From Octopus sinensis (lineage: Eukaryota), in contig NC_042999.1 of assembly GCF_006345805.1 (NCBI RefSeq), positions 22,444,001-22,508,000 on the forward strand: a stretch of 64,000 bases of DNA, in the 5' to 3' direction. The position numbers were made by a program, and so were the translations under genes. Positions 53,141 to 64,000 of this stretch are shown here, one piece after another; the stretch's first letter is position 1, and each line of letters begins with the position of its first letter. A model generated the notes under the pieces. It was given only the letters and a program-made list of their open reading frames with translations, was not told the origin of the DNA and did no database searches.

Positions 53141-53613
53141 ATATATATATATATATATATATATTGAGGTTATAAGAGGTAATGGTGTCATTGAGACCCA
53201 AAGGTGTCAGGTAATGCTGAATAAATGCTATAGACAGACCATAGTTAAGTTCCAGGTTCGGTAATTTTGCGAACTTTTTATTTAAAGTCACTTTAAATAA
53301 AAACCTTTGACTCTACAACACTGTATATAAATTCTGTACTTGATATGACCAAGTTTAAATAGTGCTGGATCTCACTCATAAGGTATTGGAATCTTACATT
53401 GTGTATAAACTCTATATTTGGAAGGACCCATTTTAAATTCTGTTGGACTTTATTCATAAGGTACTGGAATCCTACATATATATCATTCTACCTAAGAAAT
53501 GGATCTACAACTTCAATATCCCTACATATCTTACATCTATTTTCTTTCCTCCACCTCACTCTCCATTTTGTATCCCATCTAAATCAATGATTACTTAACC
53601 ATCCTCTCACACC

Positions 53614-53665
53614 GTCTCCGATGAAGTGATATAATTAATAAATATCCTTGAAACAGCTGTAAGAC
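53614..53665 (+). ncRNA. Type-I hammerhead-like motif (U4C variant)
   Basis: GTCT-CCGATGA-AGTGATAT..ATATCCTT-GAAA-CAGCTGT-A-AGAC. Confidence 0.7.
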
Positions 53666-53749
53666 CTTCTGTCTATAAATGTTCTAATATCTACACAGCC
53701 TTGGTTTTTTTTATCTCATTACGCAAAAAATTCTTAAATATATATATTT

Positions 53750-53950
53750 GGGGAAGGCCAGTTTATGGGATTATCTTAGGTTTCCTCTCCATAAAGTGTT
53801 GAACTTTATGGCGTATCATCAGATCTCAAAAACCTGTTGGGTTTTGAAGAGGTCATGGGCCAACAATTTTTTGAGATCTGACGATACGCCATAAAGCTGA
53901 TATCTTTATGGACGGGAAACCTAAGGTTATCCCGTAAACCTGCCTTCCCC
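53750..53950. mobile_element. 201-bp fold-back MITE
   Basis: GGGGAAGG...CCTTCCCC ends; ~90-bp imperfect inverted arms. Confidence 0.8.
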
Positions 53951-54109
53951 GTTTTTAATATATTAATGCTCTAGATCTTAGAGTGTACTTCTTCCCCGGG
54001 TTTATGTTTTCTACAAACGATATACATACATAATGGCAAACGCCCCCCCCCCGTGCATTGGGCAGTGTAAGTTTGTGACAGGATTGGAGTAATTTCGCTT
54101 CTTTCTATA

Positions 54110-54512
54110 TTCTTTACTCTTTTACTTGTTTCAGTCATTTGACTGCGGCCATGCTGTAGCACCGCCTTTAATCGAGCAACTCGACCCCGGGACTTATTCT
54201 TTTGTAAGCCCAGTACTTATTCTATCGGTCTCTTTTGCCGAACCGCTAGGTAACGGGGACATAAACACACCAGCATCGGTTGTCATGCAATGCTAGGGGG
54301 GACAAACACAGACACACAAACACACACACGCATATATATACATATATACGACGGGCTTCTTTCAGTTTCCGTCTACCAAATCCACTCACAAGGCTTTGGT
54401 TGGCCCGAGGCTATAGTTGAAGACACTTGCCCAAGGTGCCACGCAGTGGGACTAAACCCGGGACCATGTGGTTGGTAAGCAAGCTACTTACCACTCAGCC
54501 ACTCCTGCGCCT
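54110..54512 (-). mobile_element. SINE family A
   Basis: Full-length match. Confidence 0.9.
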
Positions 54513-55214
54513 AGAATTCAGAATTATTTGACGTAGTCGAGACGTTAAATCAAAAATGAGCTGGTATTAAAAAAGGAACATATTTTATTTGCAGATATCA
54601 GGCATTAAAATGTGAAGATACGGAAACTTATTGTTCGGAATTCTGTTTAATTGACTGGATGACTGAAGAATCGATGCAAAAAGCATATACGATATTTCTA
54701 TGAACATGAAGGCAATCTGTAAAAACCATGTTTAATTGCAATATGAAATTACCTGAGGTTTCTGGGAAGCTGTGGATTAAAATGGGAAAATGCTTGACTT
54801 TAATAACGGGCATTTGTTGGAAGATTAACATGACCTATTGTGAAGAGTAAATAGCTTGCCTCATTTACAAGTCCCTGAAGCTCGAAGACCATCCCGATTC
54901 TAAACACTTTCTTCGGAATATAAGAGCCTACAATTCCGCTTTCCAAATTAAAGAATAAACAATGGGCAGGTACGTGTCAAATTAAGTGAGTCACGCAAAA
55001 GTAGAAAAATACTGCTCATCTTTTTGTTTTACATAAGAAACTGTTAGCTAAAATTTTAGATATTTGTCACCCAAATTTCCACATTCAATTACCAATCAAT
55101 ATGTCGTTTTCTACTATCCATTGAATTTTGTTGAGAGAAAATATTCACACAGTTGATTAATCGCCAATTAGTGCCATTTATTCGTTAAAGTTAATATTTT
55201 ATTTCATTTTTACT

Positions 55215-55608
55215 TTTTTTTTTACTTGATTCAATCATTTTGACTGCGGCCATGCTGGAGCACCACCTTTAAACGAGCAACTCGACCCCGGGACTTATTC
55301 TTTGTAAGCCCAGTACTTATTCTATCGGTCTCTTTTGCCGAACCGCTAAGTGACAGGGACATAAACACACCAGCGTTGGTTGTCAAGCAATGCTAGGGGG
55401 ACAAACACAGACACACAAACACACACGTACATACATATATATACATATATACGACGGGCTTCGTTCAGTTTCCGCCTACCAAATCCACTCACCAGGCTTT
55501 GGTCGGCCCGAGGCTATAGTAGAAGACACTTGCCCAAGGTGCCACGCAGTGGGACTGAACCCGGAACCATGTGGTTGGTAAACAAGCTACTTACCACACC
55601 GCCACTCT
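55215..55608 (-). mobile_element. SINE family A
   Basis: Near full-length match. Confidence 0.9.
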
Positions 55609-56005
55609 TGTCTTCTTATTCTTTTGTGTCAGCGTATTTATTAAACACAGAATGATATGCCTGGATGCACGTGTTCGAGTACAGTTCGATTTTTACTGCA
55701 ATGACAAATGTTCTTTCATGAAATTGCTTTGGAAGTTTAATGTAATTAATACGCTGATGCTGGTTGGACGAACATAGCGGCTGTTCGTACGTGATTTACG
55801 GAATGATAGCCAATAGGCTATCCAGATTTTGATTTAAAAAAAAGGGGACAAATCTCACTTTGAAACTAACGATTATGTTATGACATTTAACTGGTATACT
55901 TACTGTGACGTCTTTTACCTATGTGTAAAATTTCGGCACAATCAGTTGAAAAATACGGCCTTTACAATCTTTTACACACATACACATACAGACAGACAGA
56001 ACGAG

Positions 56006-56053
<48 letters not shown>

Positions 56054-56444
56054 GAAGATATATATATATATATTACCCCTCTGCGAGGTTATTTTATTTT
56101 AATTCTCTCGTAGGAAGGCTTAGCATGACCAGAGTGTCCTGCCTTGCCTTCGAAACACGCTATGTCTGCTAGTGACAGCTGATGAAGGGGATTTTTCCTT
56201 GTGTAGCATGTCCTGTACTTCGTTTTTCTGCTGTACATAATTGTTTTTCCCGTTTTCGTTTCGTCTTGTTCCACGTCTCTGTCCTTCTGTTGTAACAAAA
56301 TGGCTTTTCCGTTTTCGTTTCTGTTGATTTTTACGTCCTTTTGTGGTGTCCTGTACGTATATATATTTATATATGCATGTATATATACATGTAGATGTCG
56401 GTACGTACATATATGTTTGTATGTATGCATATATTTTATTTATT

Positions 56445-56504
<60 letters not shown>

Positions 56505-56509
<5 letters not shown>

Positions 56510-56812
56510 AGGCGTGACGTGTGGTAAGAAGTGTGCTACCCAGCAGCATGGTTCCGGGTTCAGTCCCACTGCGTGGCACCTTGGGCAACTGTCTTCTACG
56601 GTAGATTGGAGCCAACGAAAGCATTGTGGGTGGATTTGGTAGACAGAAACTGGAAAAAAACCAGCGTATACACGTGTGTGTGTGTGTGTGTGTGCTTGTC
56701 CCCACCATTGCTTGACAAGTACTAGGCTTACAAAGAATAAGTCCTGGGGTCGATTTGTTCGACTAAAGGCGGTGCTCCAGCATGGCCGCAGTCAAATGAC
56801 TGAAACAAATAA
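56505..56812 (+). mobile_element. SINE family A, internally deleted
   Basis: Head, body and tail match. Confidence 0.85.
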
Positions 56813-56823
56813 AGGAATATATA

Positions 56824-56854
<31 letters not shown>

Positions 56855-57363
56855 ATGTGTGTATATATATGTATATTTGTATGTGTGTATATATATATAT
56901 ATACATATATATATATACACACACACACATTTATATATATATATATATATATATATACTGCGAAATGAGGTGAATGACACAAGTATTAGGTATATGATAA
57001 AGCAGATAGTTTATAAAAGTTAAACAATATATACAAAAGAAAAGCGCGCACACGCATTCACACACACACACACACACACAAATAGTGTATTGCAGCAGAA
57101 TGTTTGCATTGTTACTTTCTGCTGATAAAAAATAAAATATATAGCTGTGTGTGTGCGCCTGTGTGTGCCTGTCTGTACCTGTGTATGTGTGTGTATACAA
57201 ACACACACACACACACAACTGTATACACACACACGCATTCATATATACATATAAACATAAGTACTTACGTAGATACATGCATACGTACGTACTTAGGTAC
57301 ACACGTGCATGCATTCAAGCGGGCATACATACATATACATGGCTCACAGAAATGCACGTAAAT

Positions 57364-57497
<134 letters not shown>

Positions 57498-57990
57498 CGT
57501 GCGCACACATGTAGACCTATAAGCAAAACGAAATTGCAAGAGCAAATAAATAGATACCATGTGCTCTGGGTTCACTCAACTGAATCAGATAAGGAGCTCC
57601 TCTTATCTCTATTTATAGTCTCACGCTGTTAACGAGAAAGATACCTGCTAAGGCGAGAAAAAGGTTTGCAGCCGCGAATAGTGTGAGGAAGGGGGTCACG
57701 TGTTCGAATACGAGGAGGGAGGGGATGCTTTGCAGGCGACGTTTTGGGGGTAGGAAAGATGCTGCCATTTCTACAGATTTTTTTTTTTTTGTTCCTTCAG
57801 TGAGGTTTCGTTATTGCGAGAGCTGGTAAGAATCTTTAGCACGCCGAACAATACGCTTAGGGGCATTTCGTCCGTCTTTACGTTCTGAGCTCTAATTCCG
57901 CCGAGCTTGATTTTTTTTTTTTGCCTTTCATCCTTTCAGGCTTGACAAAATAAGTACCAGTTGAGTACTGAGAGTTGATGTAATCGACTA

Positions 57991-58499
57991 CAGTAACCCC
58001 TCACCATATCGCGGTTCACCTTTCAGGCACTCAGTACATCGCGGTTCACCTATCGCGCACTCGGTACATCGCGGTTCACCTATTGCGCACTCAGTACATC
58101 GCAGTTCAACTATCGCGCACTCAGTACACCGCGGTTCACCCATCACGCACTCAGTACACCGCGGTTCACCCATCGCGCACTCAGCACATCGAAGTTCACC
58201 TACCGCGCACTCAGTACATTCGTGGTTTACCTATCGGGCACTCAGTACATCGCGGTTCACCTATCGGGCACTCTGTACATCGCGGTTCACCTATGGGGCA
58301 CTCTGTACATCACGGTTCATCTATCGGACACTCAGTACATGGCGGATTTTTCTGGCTAATATATCTAATTTTATATCACGGACTCCTCAGTATATCGCGG
58401 GTCTCTGCGGCTGATAGGCATTTATATTTTTTTTTAGATTTTAATTATTTCTGTGGAGGGGTTTGGAACGTAACACCCGCGATAGTCGAAGGATTACTG
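57991..58499. mobile_element. Tc1/pogo-like MITE carrying a 30-bp minisatellite, nested in a family B SINE
   Basis: TA|CAGTAACCCCTC ... GAAGGATTACTG; same right end at about 580-633; SINE B halves at 57818-57990 and 58500-58555. Confidence 0.75.
58010..58340. repeat. 30-bp minisatellite, about 11 units
   Basis: Consensus CGCGGTTCACCTATCGCGCACTCAGTACAT. Confidence 0.95.
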
Positions 58500-59040
58500 G
58501 ACCCTCTTTACCTATAACTTCAGGCTTTGCGCCAATAGTGGAAAGGATTATTATTATTGGACGTCCTTCATGCGACACGTCTTTACGCAGCTCATCTCAG
58601 TGATGGAGCTGCAGTCATGGGTCAAATATAGGCCAAGATTGAGCGTTCGGAATCTAGAATTTGCCAGGCGCTCACTGCTTTGTACCAGCTGCAGAAAACC
58701 GTTTGCGGGAAAACCACCCATAATTTATATAGGGTGCAGTTGAGGGTATGAGCGACGATGGTCGAGGATTGACTCTGGACATCGATGAGAACAGTCCGAG
58801 TGTTTACCTATAGAAGAAAATTTACCTGTAGAAGAAAAATAATCCGAAATTTTCGATATTGTTAGACCAACACAACGATTGTTTTACCTGTTCTTGCCTA
58901 AATTTTGAAGTTGCCCGTATTATATTTCCTGAGCAGAATTAATTACTGGTTTCAAATATTGGCACAAGGCCTGAAATTTTGAGGGGTTAGAGAAGTTAAT
59001 CACATCGTCCTTAGTCCTCAACTTCTTCTTATTCTATCAA

Positions 59041-60116
59041 TATCCATCCAGATATTGTACGATGTGTTGGTGCCTTCCTCTCAGATCGCTCCTTCCAAGT
59101 CCAAGTTAATGGTTCGCGGTCCGACGTCTCCAGTGCGAGCAGTGGCGTGCCTCAAGGTTCAGTGCTTGGGCCCTTATTGTTCTTAGTCTTCATAAATGAC
59201 TTGCCCGACGACCTCACGCAACACACCCTTCTATTTGCCGACGATGTCAAACTGGTCGCTCCTCGCGGTGATATAGAGGATCTTCGTCGATGCCTCCACC
59301 AAATTTGGAGGTGGTCTAATGAATGGGACCTGTGTCTGAACGTGTCAAAGTGCTGTCATCTGCCTGTCGGCTCTACTCCTGCAACTCAACTTGATTTCGA
59401 GCCGGGTCGTCTGCTGCTGGAGAGGACCGATCAGGTAAAGGACCTGGGTATCTTGGTGGATTCCTCCTTTTCGCCTTCGGCCCAGTGCGTCCATGCTGCC
59501 AACAAAGCACGCGGAATTCTGTTCTTGATTCGACGGTCATTCGGAATGCTCACAGCAGCCATATTCCTACCGCTCTATGTCACGCTGGTGAGACCCATAT
59601 TGGAGTACGGGATTCAAGCCTCTTCTCCTTATCTCCTCAAAGACATATAGCATCTCGAAAGAGTCCAGAAGCTGGCTAACCGCATGGTTCATGGTCTCAA
59701 GAATTTGTCTTATGAAGAAAGGCTGAAGACGCTCGACCATTATTCTCTAGAAAAACGCCGCCGCCGTGGTGATCTCATTCTCGCTCACAACATCATAAGC
59801 GGAAAGTGTAACCTCTCGAAAGAGCTGTTCTTCACTCCTGCTCCAGAGCGTCGGCTGCGGGGTCATTCCGAAAAGCTCTACCTGCGACGATTTCATCTCA
59901 ATCGAAGGAGAGGAGCTTTCTCCGTCCGGGTTGCGGATCCGTGGAACAAGCTGGCAGACGAGATGGTGAAGATGCCGACGACCGCTTTGTTCAAAGTCTC
60001 CCTTGACCTCAAGTGGCCTGAACTCTTTACATGAACACCACCCTGTACTTAACTCCATGTCCCCCTACATGGCCTTGCTTTTTGCTTTTGAGCCAAAAAA
60101 TTAACTAACAAACTAG
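59041..60116 (+). mobile_element. 5'-truncated CR1-type LINE with RT domain, one premature stop and an (AACT)n tail, nested in a family B SINE
   Basis: GVPQGSVLGPLLFLVFINDL, LFADDVKL, KDLGI, RPILEY, SYEERL..SLEKRRRRGDLI; 59147-59650 and 59684-60034 are in the same frame. Confidence 0.93.
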
Positions 60117-60529
60117 ATACCTGAAAAAGACGAAAGGCAAAGTTGACCTCGGCGGAATTTAAACTCAGAACGTAAAAAGCGGAATAAATGTCGCTAAACA
60201 TTTTGCCCGGCGTGCTAACGATGCTACCAGCTTGCCACCTTCAGCAGAATTAATTATGAAGCTATTTTTACCTTGTCCTCACTTTGGGTATAATCTATCT
60301 TAATCACTAGGAATCAGCACAAACGGTGTATTCAAGTGGGACGGAAGCCTAGAGTACCCGAGCCTAAACACTCGAAAGAACAATAGAAAAAATATCCACC
60401 AGTACTGGTGGAGATAAATGACACTTTGTATTGTAGTGGAATATCAGGAAGATAAACCATGCTGTACAATATACGCGATGCTCCATAACTTTCTTTGAAA
60501 AGCATATTTTTTAATGAAATTTCACAGAG

Positions 60530-61126
60530 GTACAGTATGGCTATAAGGTAAGAAGCTTGTTTCCCAACCACATCTTTCGGGGTTCAGTCCCACTGCGTTG
60601 TACCTCGGACAAGTGTCTTCTACTAAAGCTTCGAGCCGATCAAAGCCTTGTGAGTGGATTTGATGATAGAGAGAAACTGAAAGAAGCCCATCGTGTGTGT
60701 GTGTGTTTGTGAGTTTATCCACCACCACCGCTTGACAATCGAGCCGGCAGAAACGTTAGCGCGTCATGCGAAATGCTTAGCGGTATTTCGTCTGTCGCAA
60801 CGTTCTGAGTTCAAATTCCGCCGAGGTCGACTTTGCCTTTCATCCTTTCGGGGTCGATAAATAAAGTACCAGTTGCACACTGGGGTCGATGTAATCGACT
60901 TAATACCTATGTCTGTCCTTGTTTGTCCCCTCTATGTTTAGCCCCTTGTGGGTAATAAAGAAATAGGTATTGGTGTGTTGACATCCCTGTAACTTAGCGG
61001 TTCGGCCAAAGAGACCGATAGAATAAGTGCTAGGCTTAAAAAAAAGAAAAATCCTAGAGTCGATTTGTTCGACTCAAAAGCCTTCAATGTGGTGCTCCAG
61101 CATGGTCGCAAGTGACTGAAACAAGT
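60530..61126 (+). mobile_element. SINE family A interrupted by a SINE family B copy (60741-60967)
   Basis: Family A ..CTTGACAATCGA | family B | TGGTGTGTTGACATCCC.. Confidence 0.85.
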
Positions 61127-61283
61127 ATAGTATAAAAGCATACGTTTTCGAGGGTGTGAATTACGATCATCTTAATAAAATTGGGGGGAAAAGTTGAGAC
61201 GTTTCGGATCATCCCCACAACAATTTTTTTAACAAACCAACAAGCGACGACAGGAAACAAACACACACACACACATGTATGTA

Positions 61284-61343
<60 letters not shown>

Positions 61344-61347
<4 letters not shown>

Positions 61348-61740
61348 CAGTATCGCCCGGCGTTGCTCGGGTTTGTAAGGGAAATAACTATATAAGCATT
61401 TTTAGAGAGTTATAGCCAAAAAATAGCAAAAAAATGCATTAAAAATGGGAAAAAAATGATGGTAAATTTTTTTTTAAATCGTTGACTCATCGTAGACATT
61501 TTTAGAGAGTTACTTCCCTTATATAATAGCGAAAAAATGCATTAAAATGGAAAAAAATGATGGTAAATTATTTTTAAAATCGTAGACTCATCGTAGACGC
61601 GCGCTAATACGCAGAAGGGCTCGATATGAATCACGACTATAAGATACCCGGTTTTGGTTAAACTGCACCGCAAAATGTGGGAGTAGTTAGGAATCTAAAT
61701 CGTAGGAGACAGACACACACTTGACTTTCATATATAAAGA
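61344..61740 (-). mobile_element. Non-autonomous Helitron (second copy)
   Basis: Matches 29206-29563; 5' TC, hairpin and CTAA 3' end, inside (TA)n. Confidence 0.85.
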
Positions 61741-61944
61741 TATATATATATATATAAATATAATATATATATATAATATATATATTAATATATATATATA
61801 ATATATATATATACTTATAGAATAAAAGGCGGTCAGTTACTAAGTAACAAAGCTTCCTTCTTTGAGTCAAGACATCTCCAGGCATTTCTGCATTCAAGAG
61901 TGTAGCTGGATGCGTGAGCATATGAATGTGAGTACTTATATGTA

Positions 61945-62051
<107 letters not shown>

Positions 62052-62091
62052 TGGTTTAACTATCAAACTCGGAATAGATAAATTTATAATT

Positions 62092-62482
62092 AATTCTTTC
62101 TACTGGAGGTACAGGGCCTGAAATTTGCGGGAAGGGATTAAGTCGATTACATCGACCCCAGTGTGTAACTGGTACTTATTTAATCGACCCCGAAAGGATG
62201 AAAGGCAAAGTCGACCTCGGCGGAATTTGAACTCAGAACGTAACGGCAGACGAAATACCTATTTCTTTACTACCCACAAGGGGATAAACACAGAGAGGAC
62301 AAACAAGGACAGACAAACGGATTAAGTCGATTATATCGACCCCAGTGCGTAACTGGTACTTAATTTATCGACCCCGAAAGGATGAAAGGCAAAGTCGACC
62401 TCGGCGGAATTTGAACTCAAAACGTAGCGGCAGACGAAATACCACTAAGCATTTCGCCCGGCGTGCTAACGTTTCTGCCAGC
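62092..62482 (-). mobile_element. SINE family B tandem dimer
   Basis: 184-bp period. Confidence 0.9.
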
Positions 62483-63199
62483 ACTTTTCTTCCTATAAGC
62501 CATAAACCATCGACGACTTTTCTCCTCTATTCTCAACGTTGGGCTATCTTTTCTGTTTCTCTCCAGCTGGATCCCCAACTCTTTCAGCTCTGCCCCCAAT
62601 ATCATTTCGGATTTTATTGCACTGTGCCATATGTTTCCCAAACAGAAGATCTTCATTTCCAGATTGTATTTGTTTTGAAAAATCATTGATGCTTCTGTAA
62701 CTACCTTTTTTTTTTGATGTGATGGTTATTGGCCCTACGCAAACCCATTTTTTTTACTTCTGGAAGGTGATCCATATTAGTCTACACCAAGGTTCTCAAC
62801 CAGAGTTCATATGGTTTCGTCCCACTGCATGCATCTCGGGAAGGTTTGGGTATCTAAACTTCCACGCCTGAAGAACTTGTCCCGAACAAGTAATGACTCA
62901 TATAGCAGTGCCATGCCAAATAGCAAATGGGGATCCACAATAATATTTTAAGGACCCCTGAAAATATTTTGCTTTAGACGTATTTACTTGTATGTATTGC
63001 AAGAAAAAGCCATGTTTCTTTCTCTCACAATTTACATTGTTCATCCCAAACAAGTTCATGTGTGAAAATCAAAATAGGAATTTTGAAAGAATTTTCCATA
63101 AAACTGATTTATAAACATCAAATGGCGATAGGGGTCTACCAGAATAAAATAGTAATCAAAGGGGTTCATAGATAAAAGAAAAAAATGGTTACTCTTCTT

Positions 63200-63518
63200 T
63201 TTTACTCTTTTACTTGTTTCAGTCATTTGACTGCGGCCGAACCGCTAAGTAACGGGGACGTAAACACACCAGCATCGGTTGTCAAGCAATGCTAGGGGGA
63301 CAAACATAGACACACAAACATATACACACACATATATATATATATACATATATACGACAGGCTTCTTTCAGTTTCCGTCTACCAAATCCACTCACAAGGC
63401 ATTGGTTGGCCCGGGGCTATAGCAGAAGACACTTGCCCAAGATGCCACGCAGTGGGACTGAACCCGGAACCATGTGGTTGGTCAGCAAGCTACTTACCAC
63501 ACAGCCACTCCTGCGCCT
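63200..63518 (-). mobile_element. SINE family A with internal deletion
   Basis: Matches family A. Confidence 0.88.
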
Positions 63519-63546
63519 ATTTGAGAACTTCTGGTCTAGATTCTTT

Positions 63547-63835
63547 CGATCTTTTCACTTTGACCGGCAGATTTTTAAAATAATTTCTTTGTAACTAAAC
63601 ACTTTTAAACTTCGTATACTGGTAGAATGTGTTACATAAAACATCTTTTTCTATTGGCTTTCTTGAGAAAATTCTGTAGTTTGTAAGCTATTTGTTGTTT
63701 AATTTCTTGCATTTCGGCAATTTCAACCAATCAATGACGTCTATTGAGGTGAATACAATTTCTGCCGTGGTGTGTCAACAACATTTTCTGGCGGTGTCAT
63801 ATTTTTAAAATCTGCCGGTCAAAGTGAAAAGATCC
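63547..63835. mobile_element. MITE with 8-bp TSD (same family as 32505-32961)
   Basis: TIR CGATCTTTTCACTTTGACCGGCAGATTTT and its reverse complement; TSD GATTCTTT. Confidence 0.92.
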
Positions 63836-64000
63836 GATTCTTTCTTTTCACCTGTCCCAACGTGGCGGAGTGGGGGTACCAAAGGCTTGCGCTCCGTCGG
63901 CATAACGCTAAAGGGTCACAAAAGCACATAAGGTTTGGACTTTTGTGTCGGTTCGGACCTATTTAAGTACGTCAAATACATTCGGAAAGTGTTGGTTGAC

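Noticed and set aside
57988-58340. (GEPRCTECAI)n Cys-rich peptide, or a CRISPR-like array
   Set aside because: It is a 30-bp minisatellite with no unique spacers, inside a MITE in eukaryotic DNA.

Overview
AT-rich, repeat-saturated eukaryotic DNA, probably intronic or intergenic sequence from an octopus-type cephalopod (inferred from the SINE families and microsatellite load). No credible host protein-coding gene is visible, and almost all ORF-track entries are microsatellite or SINE artefacts. Supported content: many copies of three tRNA-derived SINE groups; five decayed mariner elements or fragments; a Helitron PIF1-helicase remnant plus non-autonomous Helitron-like elements; two CR1/L2-type LINE 3' fragments; R4/Dong-like and HERO-like fragments; and several MITEs. 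The main signal that ORFs do not explain is a dense set of about 15 minimal type-I hammerhead-ribozyme-like motifs (stem I-CUGANGA-stem II-GAAA-palindromic stem III-UH-stem I), some intact and some degenerate. They lie in short non-coding elements next to (TA)n tracts, often with inverted terminal duplications, as in Penelope-like element (PLE) pLTRs. One is a 480-bp head-to-tail array with one hammerhead per unit (retrozyme-like). All structures were read by eye and no folding or database searches were run.
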